A DNA stretch of 64,000 nucleotides from Candidatus Adlerbacteria bacterium (GTDB lineage: Bacteria; Patescibacteriota; Minisyncoccia; Phycocordibacterales; SBAW01), in the NCBI GenBank assembly GCA_037135035.1, contig JBAXLB010000001.1:94465-158464 (forward strand), read 5' to 3'. This document shows positions 8,678-23,986 of this stretch, one piece after another. How positions within the stretch are numbered: the first letter of the stretch is position 1; each line of letters starts with the position of its first letter. The notes beneath the pieces are model-generated. The model ran no database searches. It had not been told where the DNA came from and saw nothing but the letters and a program-made list of their open reading frames with translations. A program made the position numbers and the translations under genes.

Positions 8678-9868
8678 CTAGGAGGTGGAACCCTCCGAAA
8701 GGATCTTGCGGATCAGCTCGACGTGTTCACGTGCTGATGCGTACTTCGGGTCAGCGAGCTTGGCGTCGATTTCCTGCAGTCCGGCTTGTGAAGTGAAGAG
8801 CACCTCGCGCTGCGTTTGCAACAACCTTTCGAGTCGGGCGACTTCCGACTCGACACGGCCGATATCCGTGGCGACGGCTTCCCGTTGCGCGCGGAGTCCC
8901 CGTTCTTCGGTGAGCAGGACAGTGAGCTGCTGGATGTCGCTCAATCCAGCTGCAGGCAGTGAAGGCGTGTTGGCCAACTTCTGCCACTTGGATCCAAAGC
9001 TGAGCCAGTTCTCACTCTGCGATGACGTCACAAGGTGTTCGTCGCGGATGAGGCTGGCCAAGACAGATCCAGCACCCTGTCCTTGGACGAACGACTGGTC
9101 CACGAGAACCCGAAGACAGTCTGCCCGGCTGACGTATCCGTCGGGTGTAGCGTGCTTTCCGAGTTCCTCCATATAGAGCGTCATGGAGGTGGAATCGGAA
9201 GAGAGCGCCTTACTGCGAGGAGTAGCAACCTTTGGAGGGGTTGTCGGAGTAGGAGCCGCTGGTGCGGGTGGCTGGGCCGGCGGAGGAGTCGGAACAGGAG
9301 CTGGCGCAGCTTTGGCCTGTGGAGGGGCCGCAGCAACGGGCTTCTTTTCCGCGAACTTCTTCGCCTCGGGTGCGAAGAGGTCTTGTCCCGCTTGGCCGTA
9401 CCTGGCCCTACGTTCCAGCGCCTGGTCGGCAGTCTCCCTGTCCAACAATCCCTTGCCGGTTTTCAGGAGGCCGGTGAAGTGATTCGAGTCCATACCGTGT
9501 GGGGCAACGATCATGGATTCGAACCGGTCGTCGTTGGACCCGTAGTGGATACTGAAGATCGCCCCGCCGGCAGCAGGTATGCCAAGAGTGAGGCCTTTGG
9601 TATGGTGCCGGCCGGGGAGTTTGCCTTTGACGACCATCTGGAATTGACCGCCGAGACCCGATATGGCGAAGAGTTCCGTGATGTCTCGCCAGAATAGGCG
9701 CTTGTCACGGACGTGCTTTTGGGCGAAGAAATCGTTTCCTCCGAGCTTGAAAGTCGGCAAGACACGCTTGTCGTCCTTCGTCATCACGAGGTAACCAGAG
9801 GCGATGCCTGCGACGTGTGTGAACGTGACATTGCCGGGGCAGGGAGGAGTCGGGCTAGAGTTAGCCAT
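8678..9868 (-). CDS. Hypothetical protein: N-terminal ~170-aa globular domain, Pro/Ala-rich linker, C-terminal ~180-aa coiled-coil region. GC-rich relative to its neighbours.
   Basis: Long ORF with a consistent reading frame and a terminator downstream. The APAPVPTPPPAQPPAPAAPTPTTPP linker and a heptad-like Leu/Glu/Arg-rich C-terminus are visible. No family recognised. Confidence 0.6.
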   Translation of the reverse strand: MANSSPTPPCPGNVTFTHVAGIASGYLVMTKDDKRVLPTFKLGGNDFFAQKHVRDKRLFWRDITELFAISGLGGQFQMVVKGKLPGRHHTKGLTLGIPAAGGAIFSIHYGSNDDRFESMIVAPHGMDSNHFTGLLKTGKGLLDRETADQALERRARYGQAGQDLFAPEAKKFAEKKPVAAAPPQAKAAPAPVPTPPPAQPPAPAAPTPTTPPKVATPRSKALSSDSTSMTLYMEELGKHATPDGYVSRADCLRVLVDQSFVQGQGAGSVLASLIRDEHLVTSSQSENWLSFGSKWQKLANTPSLPAAGLSDIQQLTVLLTEERGLRAQREAVATDIGRVESEVARLERLLQTQREVLFTSQAGLQEIDAKLADPKYASAREHVELIRKILSEGSTS

Positions 9869-9992
9869 AGTACACCGTCTTTCTGAGTGGGTTGTTTTGT
9901 GTAAGGTACGCGTACGCTTAGCTAGTTAGTAGCTTGAACTAATAATAGCAAATTGTCAATAGTGGTGTTTCTTTTGGTATACTTAGAACTCA

Positions 9993-12239
9993 ATGCGATT
10001 GAAATCAATAGAACTAAGCGGCTTTAAGTCGTTTGCAAAAAAGACGCAACTAGAATTTGCGTCGGCTATTACGTCTGTTGTGGGGCCTAACGGTTCGGGC
10101 AAAAGTAACATTGCAGAGAGCTTTCGTTTTGTACTTGGCGAGCAGTCGATGAAGTCGATGCGCGGCAAACGCGGCGAAGACATGATCTGGAACGGCTCGG
10201 CTGCGGTGCCCCGTGGCGGGAGAGCGTCGGTCAAACTTGTATTCGACAATAGTGACCGCGCATTAAATTTAGACTTTGACGAAGTTGCGCTCGAGCGCGT
10301 TGTGTACCGAGACGGGGGCAACGACTACTTGCTAAACGGCAGCCAAGTGCGCCTGCGTGACATTTCCGAACTCCTTTCGCAGGCAAACATTGGTGCAACC
10401 GGCCACCATATTATCTCGCAAGGCGAGGCCGACCGTGCACTGTCTGCCAGTGCACGCGAGCGCAGAGAGATGATAGAAGATGCGCTTGGGTTGACCGCGT
10501 ATTTATATAAAAAAGTTGAGGCCGAGAGGAAGTTGGAAAAGACAGCCGAGAACATGCGTGAGGTAAGTAGTTTGCGCCGCGAACTTGCACCCCACCTGCG
10601 TTTTTTGCAAAACCAGGTAAAGAAAATTGAACAGTCGGAACAATTGCGAAGCGAGACGACCGACGCGTACCTCGAATATTTTAAACGCGAAAGTGTGTAC
10701 TTGCGCGTTGCGACAAGTATCCTTGCTGAAGAAAACGATACACCAAAAGAAGAGCACGCACAGCTAAACCAAACGATTGCCCATTTGCGTGGTGAAGTTG
10801 CTAAAAAACAGGGCGACAGCGGTGCGTCGGAGTTAGTTGGGCTGGAACAGGCTGGCCGCGCGGCTGGCGCTCGTGAAGGGGAGGTCGTGCGCGAACTTGG
10901 CCGTATTGAAGGCGAGATGCACGCGCACGAGCGGATTTCCAAAACAGTAGAAGAGTCTGTCCCGGCCGCTGACGTACGTGCGTTTGCAGAGCAGGTAGAA
11001 AAAGATTTGGAAGAAACACTAAACCTTGATGCGACACAGATAAAAAACCGCCTGTCCGCACTTGTGGTATTTGCAAAAGAATTTCTGCGCCGCATGACGC
11101 ACACAAACACTGCTGCTGAACATTCGTTGGAAGAACTACGAAAAAGAAAAGAAGTACTGGAGCAGGAAGTACAGACTCTCCGAGCCGAAAGTGAGCGTGT
11201 TGCTAGTGCGGTGCGTGCCCTGCGGACAAAAATCGAAGGCGAAAAAGACGCAAACAGAGAAGCCGAGCGCGAACTGTTTGCTGCTATGGCACGCCGCAGC
11301 GAGCTGGAAACTGTGCTGGCTGCAGCCCGTGCAGGGGAAGAAAAACTTACTCGCGAACGCGAGCAGTTTAAACAAGAACTGGGCGAAGCGGCCGTGCTTA
11401 TTGGGCGTGCTATAAGCAACTACGAAGAGTATGAAGTCCGTGCGGCAAGCGGGGAAATAGTGTCTGACGCAGACATTGCTGAAGAGGCTCGAAGTGTGCA
11501 GGAAGACAGGCGCCGCAAGCTAGAGCGCATGAAAATTCGCTTAGAAGAACTTGGCGCGGGCAACTCTGCCGAAGTGTTGAAAGAGCATGTGGAAACCGTC
11601 GAGCGCGATGCATTTTTGGCGCGCGAAATTGCCGACCTAGAAGTGTCGGCCCAGTCTTTGCGTGAGCTTATTGAAGAGCTGACTAAAACGTTGCAGGTAA
11701 AATTTGTTGAAGGAATTGAAAAAATAAACAGCGAGTTTGACCGCTTCTTTAAGTTGATGTTTGGCGGGGGCTCGGCAGTACTCGCACGTATAAAAGAGAC
11801 TAAACCACTCCGTGGGAGTGGTCGCCCGACTGACCAAGAAATTGGTCAGTTTAGGGAAAAAGATGAAGACATTTCTGGGGTTGAAGAGGGGGTAGAAATT
11901 ACTATCGCCCTGCCCCACAAGCGCATCAAAGGCCTACACATGCTTTCGGGCGGGGAGCGTGCGCTAACATCTATTGCACTTATTTTTGCAATGAGCCAAG
12001 TTAACCCGCCGCCGTTCCTTATTTTGGACGAAACAGACGCGGCGCTCGACGAAGCCAACTCGCGCCGCTATGGCGACATGATAGAGAGCTTGGCGGAAAA
12101 GTCGCAGCTTATTTTGATAACCCACAATCGCGAAACCATGAGCCGTGCCGGAATTTTGTACGGCGTCACTATGGGCCAAGACGGTGTGTCCAAACTCCTT
12201 TCAGTTAAATTTGAAGAAGCTGTTGCAGTGGCAAAATAA
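9993..12239 (+). CDS. smc: SMC-family chromosome segregation ATPase, short form (748 aa).
   Basis: N-terminal MRLKSIELSGFKSF...GPNGSGKSN Walker A. C-terminal LSGGERALTSIALIFA signature plus Walker B ILDETDAALD. Long coiled-coil between them. Confidence 0.8.
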   Translation: MRLKSIELSGFKSFAKKTQLEFASAITSVVGPNGSGKSNIAESFRFVLGEQSMKSMRGKRGEDMIWNGSAAVPRGGRASVKLVFDNSDRALNLDFDEVALERVVYRDGGNDYLLNGSQVRLRDISELLSQANIGATGHHIISQGEADRALSASARERREMIEDALGLTAYLYKKVEAERKLEKTAENMREVSSLRRELAPHLRFLQNQVKKIEQSEQLRSETTDAYLEYFKRESVYLRVATSILAEENDTPKEEHAQLNQTIAHLRGEVAKKQGDSGASELVGLEQAGRAAGAREGEVVRELGRIEGEMHAHERISKTVEESVPAADVRAFAEQVEKDLEETLNLDATQIKNRLSALVVFAKEFLRRMTHTNTAAEHSLEELRKRKEVLEQEVQTLRAESERVASAVRALRTKIEGEKDANREAERELFAAMARRSELETVLAAARAGEEKLTREREQFKQELGEAAVLIGRAISNYEEYEVRAASGEIVSDADIAEEARSVQEDRRRKLERMKIRLEELGAGNSAEVLKEHVETVERDAFLAREIADLEVSAQSLRELIEELTKTLQVKFVEGIEKINSEFDRFFKLMFGGGSAVLARIKETKPLRGSGRPTDQEIGQFREKDEDISGVEEGVEITIALPHKRIKGLHMLSGGERALTSIALIFAMSQVNPPPFLILDETDAALDEANSRRYGDMIESLAEKSQLILITHNRETMSRAGILYGVTMGQDGVSKLLSVKFEEAVAVAK

Positions 12240-12286
12240 TAAAAAAGTTGTATAGTTTTTAAGGAACTGCAACGGAGGAGACGAAA

Positions 12287-12469
12287 GTGGCGGAAAGAAC
12301 AATTGTGTACGGGGACTACACCTACGCACTCGTCAATGGTGTACTCTGCCGCTGGTTTTCGACCCAGCCTAACGAAGTGGGGCGTGAAAAAGTCCCCGAC
12401 GAACATCTGCCCCTTCTTCCACGGCACATTTTGGACCTATTGCCTCAGCGAGATTCAACCTCGCACTAG
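12287..12469 (+). CDS. Possible small protein (60 aa, GTG start) preceded by a GGAGGAG RBS; its 3' end overlaps the convergent rnr.
   Basis: Strong Shine-Dalgarno 8 nt upstream. No homology recognised. Confidence 0.25.
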   Translation: MAERTIVYGDYTYALVNGVLCRWFSTQPNEVGREKVPDEHLPLLPRHILDLLPQRDSTSH

Positions 12470-14572
12470 CTCAAAATCTGCCGTCCTAGCCCCTAGGTCG
12501 GTCGCCACCAACTTTACACGCACGGTGTCCCCGAGCGTGTATTTTTTTTGCGTACGCTGGCCCACCAGCGCATATTCTTTTTGATTGTGAGTATAAAAGT
12601 CGTTGCCAATGGTGCGGACGCGGACCAACCCTTCCGAGGCACTTACTTTGTCTTCCACGTACAAGCCCCAGTCGGTCACGCCAGAAATTGTTGCATCAAA
12701 TTCTTGTCCTACGCGTGCGCTCAAATATTCTACCTGTTTGTAACGGATTGAGTCGCGCTCGGCCGAGGTTGCTTTTGCCTCTTGTTCGCTTGCGGTAATA
12801 CACATTTTTTCCAGCGTCGCATATTCGCGGCGAGTTATAGGTTTGCCGTTTAGGTGTGAGGCAAGGATGCGGTGCACGAGCATATCGGGGTAGCGACGAA
12901 TGGGTGACGTAAAGTGTGTGTAATATTCGAACGCTAGCCCAAAGTGGCCAATGTTTTTGGTCGAGTAAATCGCCTTTGCCATGCTCCGCAGCGTTGCAGT
13001 ACGGATTAAGTGTTCTTCTGGCTTGCCTTTAATTTGCTCAAGCAAGTGTGCGATGTCGCGGGCAGACTTTTTCTTTCCGTGCCCGAATTCGTACCCGACC
13101 GCACGGACAAAGGTGCTGAGCTCACTGATGCGGTCTTCCTTTGGGTCGTCGTGGATGCGATACAAAAATACCAACCCGTGTTCTGGGTTTTTCTCGGCAA
13201 GTTTAGAAACATATTTGGCTACTTCGCGGTTTGCCAAGAGCATAAACTCTTCAATAAGTAGGTTTGTCTCGATACGTTCTTTGCGGACAACGCCGGTGGG
13301 CACGCCTTTTTCGTCCAAAATAAACTTTACTTCGTTGTCACCAAAATCTATCGCACCCTCCTGTTCGCGGGCACGGCGCATGACACGCGCAAGGTCACGG
13401 AGTACTACTAGTTCCTGCGCAAAATTCTCGGCACCAGCTGCCGATTCCGGGTACACAATTTCCTTGCTAGGAAATTGCTCAGTCCTCGCGCCGTCGCGCT
13501 GTGGAGCCCCTTCATCGGCACTAATGCCATCGACACTGTTTAAAATCTCCTGAGCTTCTTCATACGTAAAACGTTTGTTCGAACGTATAACAGACTTTTC
13601 AAATCGGCGGTCGAGCACTTTGCCATCTTTTGTAATAGTAAACGTGGCAGAAAATGCTAGCCTGTCTTCGTCGGCTTTTAAGCTGCATACATTGCCCGAC
13701 AGTTCATGCGGGAGCATGGGTATAGTTGCGTCGACCAAGTACACCGACGTGCCGCGTTTAACAGCTTCATCGTCTATAGCGGTCCCCGGTGCACAGAAGT
13801 ACGTTGCGTCGGCAATGTGTACGCCAATTTCGTACGTGTCTGCGTCTAGTGTTTTTATAGAAAGTGCATCGTCGTAGTCTTTAGCGTCAAACGGGTCGAT
13901 GGTAAACGTAGTTGTGTCGCGGTAGTCTGCACGTTTCGGTACTTCTGAAGCAATAATAGATGCGTGATTTTTTTCAATGTCTCGAGCTTCGGCAAGTACC
14001 TCGGGAGGGAATTCGGTTTTAAACCCATGTTCCAAGACAATGGCGTTCATCTCGACACGGTGTTCGCCTGCGGTGCCAATAACTTCGATAATTTTTCCTT
14101 GTGGGTCTTCGGTGCCAGTAAACGACGTAAGTTGCACGAGCACTTTTGTGCCCTCTGCCAAATCTTCTTGCACAGTGTGCAAGGTAATTGGGCGGTACAC
14201 GCGCTGGTCGGCTGGGGTTGCAACCCACACCCCATTTGCCTTTTTTACTGTCGCAACAAATTCTGTTTTTGCGCGGACTTCTACTTTTAGTACTTTGCCC
14301 CTCGGCCGTGCTCGTCCTACAGGCGAGGCTTTGGGCTGTGAACCTGCGTCTATAACTTCAACAGACACGGTGTCGCCGTTTAAGGCACCACCCAAGTTTG
14401 CTGTATCTATTTCAATATCTTCCCTCGGCCGTTCCCGTCCTACGGGCGAGGCTACCTCTTTACTGGTTCCTTTTTTGGGTGCAATTTCTGCGTCTAGAGT
14501 GGGCCATGCAACATAGCCCACGCCTTTGCGAGTTACTTGTACAATGCCCTGTATATGTTTGTTGGCGACCAC
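12455..14572 (-). CDS. rnr: Ribonuclease R / exoribonuclease II family (RNB domain plus C-terminal S1), carrying two in-frame 10-aa repeat-element insertions near the N-terminus.
   Basis: RNB signature HFGLAFEYYTHFTSPIRRYPDMLVHR and a C-terminal S1 domain. Insertions ASPVGRERPRE and ASPVGRARPRG are encoded by copies of a 30-nt GC-rich repeat. Confidence 0.85.
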   Translation of the reverse strand: MVANKHIQGIVQVTRKGVGYVAWPTLDAEIAPKKGTSKEVASPVGRERPREDIEIDTANLGGALNGDTVSVEVIDAGSQPKASPVGRARPRGKVLKVEVRAKTEFVATVKKANGVWVATPADQRVYRPITLHTVQEDLAEGTKVLVQLTSFTGTEDPQGKIIEVIGTAGEHRVEMNAIVLEHGFKTEFPPEVLAEARDIEKNHASIIASEVPKRADYRDTTTFTIDPFDAKDYDDALSIKTLDADTYEIGVHIADATYFCAPGTAIDDEAVKRGTSVYLVDATIPMLPHELSGNVCSLKADEDRLAFSATFTITKDGKVLDRRFEKSVIRSNKRFTYEEAQEILNSVDGISADEGAPQRDGARTEQFPSKEIVYPESAAGAENFAQELVVLRDLARVMRRAREQEGAIDFGDNEVKFILDEKGVPTGVVRKERIETNLLIEEFMLLANREVAKYVSKLAEKNPEHGLVFLYRIHDDPKEDRISELSTFVRAVGYEFGHGKKKSARDIAHLLEQIKGKPEEHLIRTATLRSMAKAIYSTKNIGHFGLAFEYYTHFTSPIRRYPDMLVHRILASHLNGKPITRREYATLEKMCITASEQEAKATSAERDSIRYKQVEYLSARVGQEFDATISGVTDWGLYVEDKVSASEGLVRVRTIGNDFYTHNQKEYALVGQRTQKKYTLGDTVRVKLVATDLGARTADFELVRG
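14300..14329 (-). repeat. 30-nt GC-rich hairpin repeat (family 1), copy 1, in-frame inside rnr. Coding-strand consensus GCCTCGCCYGTAGGMCGRGMACGGCCGAGG.
   Basis: Plus strand reads CCTCGGCCGTGCTCGTCCTACAGGCGAGGC. Near-identical to the copies at 14423 and 15689 (reverse complement) and encodes ASPVGRARPRG. Confidence 0.8.
14423..14452 (-). repeat. 30-nt GC-rich hairpin repeat (family 1), copy 2, in-frame inside rnr.
   Basis: Plus strand reads CCTCGGCCGTTCCCGTCCTACGGGCGAGGC and encodes ASPVGRERPRE. Confidence 0.8.
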
Positions 14573-14699
14573 TGTTGTTAAAGGGCCTCACGCCCTATGG
14601 GGAGACTCTATTAAACACGAGTATAGCAGGATAATTGACTTATTGCCAGCCCGCTGCTACAGTGTCCCTGACCCCGTGTGGGGCATTTTAAATTACATT

Positions 14700-15101
14700 A
14701 TGTTGACCATACGACTGAGCCGCGTTGGCAGGAAGAACGACCCGAGTTTTCGGGTTATTGTTGTTGAAAGTAAGCGCAAACCACAGCCAGGGAACTACCT
14801 TGAAATGGTTGGTTCGTACAATCCAAAAACAAGCATTGTTGACCTAAAGGCGGACCGCATCAAACACTGGATGTCGATGGGTGCAACTATTTCAGACACT
14901 GTCCACAACTTGCTTGTCACACATAAAATCATCGACGCTAAAAAGATAAATATTTTACCTGCATTTAAAGCAGCACCAGTTGTAGCTGCTCCTGCCGAAG
15001 CAACTCCAACACCTGCAGCAGTAGAAGAAACTCCAGCAGCAGAAGAAGCGCCTGCACAAACAGAGGATAACTCCGTTGCAGAAGAGACTCCTGCACAATA
15101 A
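14700..15101 (+). CDS. rpsP: 30S ribosomal protein S16 with an Ala/Pro/Glu-rich C-terminal tail. Start is at the internal ATG MLTIRLSRVGRK.
   Basis: MLTIRLSRVGRKNDPSFRVIV is the canonical S16 N-terminus. The upstream part of the listed ORF is non-coding. Confidence 0.85.
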   Translation: MLTIRLSRVGRKNDPSFRVIVVESKRKPQPGNYLEMVGSYNPKTSIVDLKADRIKHWMSMGATISDTVHNLLVTHKIIDAKKINILPAFKAAPVVAAPAEATPTPAAVEETPAAEEAPAQTEDNSVAEETPAQ

Positions 15102-15210
15102 AATTGGAAGGGGCTTTATAATCGAGCGAGTGAGAGAACAAAAGTTCACTTTTGATTCCGAGCGAGCGAAGATTATATAAACGAAGTTTATAAAAACTAA
15201 ATATACTGAG

Positions 15211-15597
15211 ATGACAGAAAAGGACCAGGAATTTTTGGAGTTCGTAGTCAAGGGGCTGGTGGACAACCCAGACGATGTAAAAATCGTACGTACTGTCGAC
15301 GAGATGGGTGTGCTCTTGATGCTCGACCTAAACGCTGACGACATGGGTAAGGTTATTGGCCGCTCGGGCAATACCGCAAAAGCTATCCGCACACTGCTCC
15401 GCGTTGTAGGGATGAAGCACAACGCCCGCGTAAACCTCAAAATTAACGAACCGGCAGGCGGCACACGCAGTGCTGAAGCTGGCGGCGGAAGCGCCGCAAC
15501 AGGTTGGGACGGTACACATGCGCCAGAAGTCGCAACTTCTTCGTCTCCTGTGATGAAGACAGTCGACCAAGCAATGGAAGACCTCGGCAATTTCTAG
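15211..15597 (+). CDS. KH-domain RNA-binding protein (UPF0109/YlqC-like).
   Basis: A GKVIGRSG KH loop (GXXG motif) sits in a small protein in the conserved position between rpsP and trmD. Confidence 0.75.
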   Translation: MTEKDQEFLEFVVKGLVDNPDDVKIVRTVDEMGVLLMLDLNADDMGKVIGRSGNTAKAIRTLLRVVGMKHNARVNLKINEPAGGTRSAEAGGGSAATGWDGTHAPEVATSSSPVMKTVDQAMEDLGNF

Positions 15598-15607
15598 TAT
15601 TTTTTAA

Positions 15608-16288
15608 ATGAAATTCCATGTAGTGACACTCTTTCCCGAGGTTATAGACGCATACACGAGCGCGTCTATTTTGGGCCGCGCGCAAAAGGCCTCGCCCGTA
15701 GGCCGGGCACGGCCGAGGGAGAAATTACTGGAAGTAAAAAGCTACCAGCTGCGTGATTTTGTTACTAACAAATGGGGCAAGGTAGACGAGCGCCCGTACG
15801 GCGGCGGCCCAGGCATGGTGCTGCAAGCTGAGCCGTTTATAAAAGCGGTAGAGAAAATCCGTAAGAATAAAAAAGGAATAAAAGTTTTGATAACGTCAGC
15901 GGGCGGGAAGTTGCTTACCAACGCCTACGCAAAAGCGCTTTCCAAACAAAAAGAGGTAATTATTTTATGCGGCCGGTACGAGGGGATTGATGTCCGGGTT
16001 AAAAAAGTACTTAAGGCAGAAGAAGTGTCAGTCGGTCCTTACATTTTGACCGGGGGCGAAGTGCCAGCCTTGGCTATTATCGACGCGGCTGCGCGGCAGA
16101 TCCCCGGCGTGCTCGGCAAATTTGAGTCGCTTGAAGAGGGGAGAGTTGCGTCACACGACGTCTACACTCGCCCTGAAGTTTTGATACATAAAGGCAAAAA
16201 CTATCGTGTGCCCAAAGTGCTCCTTTCGGGTAATCATGCGGAAATGGATGCGTGGAAAGAAAAACGCCGCAGTGGAAAAGGTGCATAA
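15608..16288 (+). CDS. trmD: tRNA (guanine37-N1)-methyltransferase, with an in-frame repeat-element insertion near the N-terminus.
   Basis: TrmD motifs (VVTLFPE, RPYGGGPGMVL, SPOUT knot region). Insertion KASPVGRARPRE lies between GRAQ and KLLEV where E. coli has no insert. Confidence 0.9.
   Translation: MKFHVVTLFPEVIDAYTSASILGRAQKASPVGRARPREKLLEVKSYQLRDFVTNKWGKVDERPYGGGPGMVLQAEPFIKAVEKIRKNKKGIKVLITSAGGKLLTNAYAKALSKQKEVIILCGRYEGIDVRVKKVLKAEEVSVGPYILTGGEVPALAIIDAAARQIPGVLGKFESLEEGRVASHDVYTRPEVLIHKGKNYRVPKVLLSGNHAEMDAWKEKRRSGKGA
15689..15718 (+). repeat. 30-nt GC-rich hairpin repeat (family 1), copy 3, in-frame inside trmD.
   Basis: GCCTCGCCCGTAGGCCGGGCACGGCCGAGG; imperfect 9-bp stem CCTCG(C)CCG / CGG(C)CGAGG. 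Confidence 0.8.
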
Positions 16289-16382
16289 CCCATATTGACT
16301 GAAGAATGCATGAAGAGTATCTTCAGCGGTAATGCGAGCCGCAAGGATCTCTCGCAGAGGACCTCGTTAGGGAGAGTTCAAG

Positions 16383-16508
16383 ATGGCCAAGCCAAAGTTT
16401 GCCAAAGGTATGAACAAGGTGCCCGGCAAGGGTGCGTCGGCGAATGTGGAGGCAGACAAGCGTGCGCTCGAATATCAGCCCAAGAGGGCTGGTAGCGGCA
16501 AGTAGCCC
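16383..16508 (+). CDS. Unlisted small basic protein (41 aa), MAKPKFAKGMNKVPGKGASANVEADKRALEYQPKRAGSGK.
   Basis: ATG preceded by GGAGAG. Lys-rich composition and GC3 usage similar to neighbours. Below the 60-aa cutoff of the ORF track. Confidence 0.35.
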
Positions 16509-16561
16509 ATTCAATCCAACCAAGACAAACTCTCAATCTAAGTTAAGGGAACTGAAAAGTC

Positions 16562-16735
16562 ATGGCTTTTGCATCAAACGGCGTCTCAATCGACTCCGGT
16601 CACACAAAGCGTCCCATCTGGCAGTGCCGTTGCGGCAAGGTTAAGGAGAAGGTCGGTGGCATGTTTCCGCCCACGTGCGGGACGTGCGAAACTTCGGCAA
16701 AAGGCGTCCTGAGGGCCGTTTCAGCCGGCAAGTAG
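16562..16735 (+). CDS. Unlisted small zinc-ribbon-like protein (57 aa) with CRCG...CGTC.
   Basis: ATG preceded by AAGGGAA; a strong terminator immediately follows. Confidence 0.4.
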   Translation: MAFASNGVSIDSGHTKRPIWQCRCGKVKEKVGGMFPPTCGTCETSAKGVLRAVSAGK

Positions 16736-16746
16736 GCATAGGCGTC

Positions 16747-16787
16747 AGGCCGCCCACCCATTCTTGGGTAGGGCGGCCTTTTTCTTT
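16747..16787 (+). terminator. Rho-independent terminator.
   Basis: AGGCCGCCC-N15-GGGCGGCCU followed by UUUUCUUUU. Confidence 0.7.
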
Positions 16788-16809
16788 GGGGATAAGCCCC
16801 TTTTGGACC

Positions 16810-16837
16810 TTGACTATGAATTTTGTGTGAGTATACT
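16810..16837 (+). promoter_or_regulatory. Sigma70-type promoter upstream of the rpoBC leader: TTGACT-N16-TATACT.
   Basis: Near-consensus -35 and -10 hexamers with a 16-nt spacer, about 220 nt upstream of the rpoBC ATG. Confidence 0.5.
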
Positions 16838-17059
16838 TATATTTGAAACAGGCGGGGCGTCCCAAGGGGTTAACCGGGGACAGAGTGAGTTTTGAGTGCG
16901 CTAGTTTCAAAACCACATAGCGACAGTAGGTCGCGCAAGCAAAAGGCACAGAGCCCAAGCGAGGGGAGCGTTTTACGCGCCTACTTTTTTGCATGTTAGT
17001 ATCGCAGCGCACTTTTATTAGCCCGTGCTCCATTACTAAGCTCACTCTTCTACAATCAT

Positions 17060-23911
<6,852 letters not shown>

Positions 23912-23924
23912 GCCTTGTAGAGAA

Positions 23925-23958
23925 AAAACCCGCCCTAAAACAAGGGCGGGTTTTTTCG
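23925..23958 (+). terminator. Rho-independent terminator after rpoBC.
   Basis: AAACCCGCCC-uaaaacaa-GGGCGGGUUUUUU. Confidence 0.7.
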
Positions 23959-23986
23959 TGCAAAAAGCTGTAAACTGGTCGTATCT

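Noticed and set aside
10325-11419. 364-aa ORF antisense to smc
   Set aside because: Ser/Arg/Ala-rich translation with no start context. This is typical of the antisense frame of a coiled-coil (Glu/Leu/Lys-rich) gene.
13977-14516. 179-aa ORF antisense to rnr, containing LGRARPTGEA / LGRSRPTGEA peptides
   Set aside because: The repeated peptides are simply the opposite-strand reading of the in-frame repeat elements. rnr on the minus strand is the real gene.
16295-16495. Listed 66-aa ORF MTEECMKS...
   Set aside because: No RBS and a non-protein-like composition. An overlapping 41-aa frame with RBS and Lys-rich sequence is more plausible.
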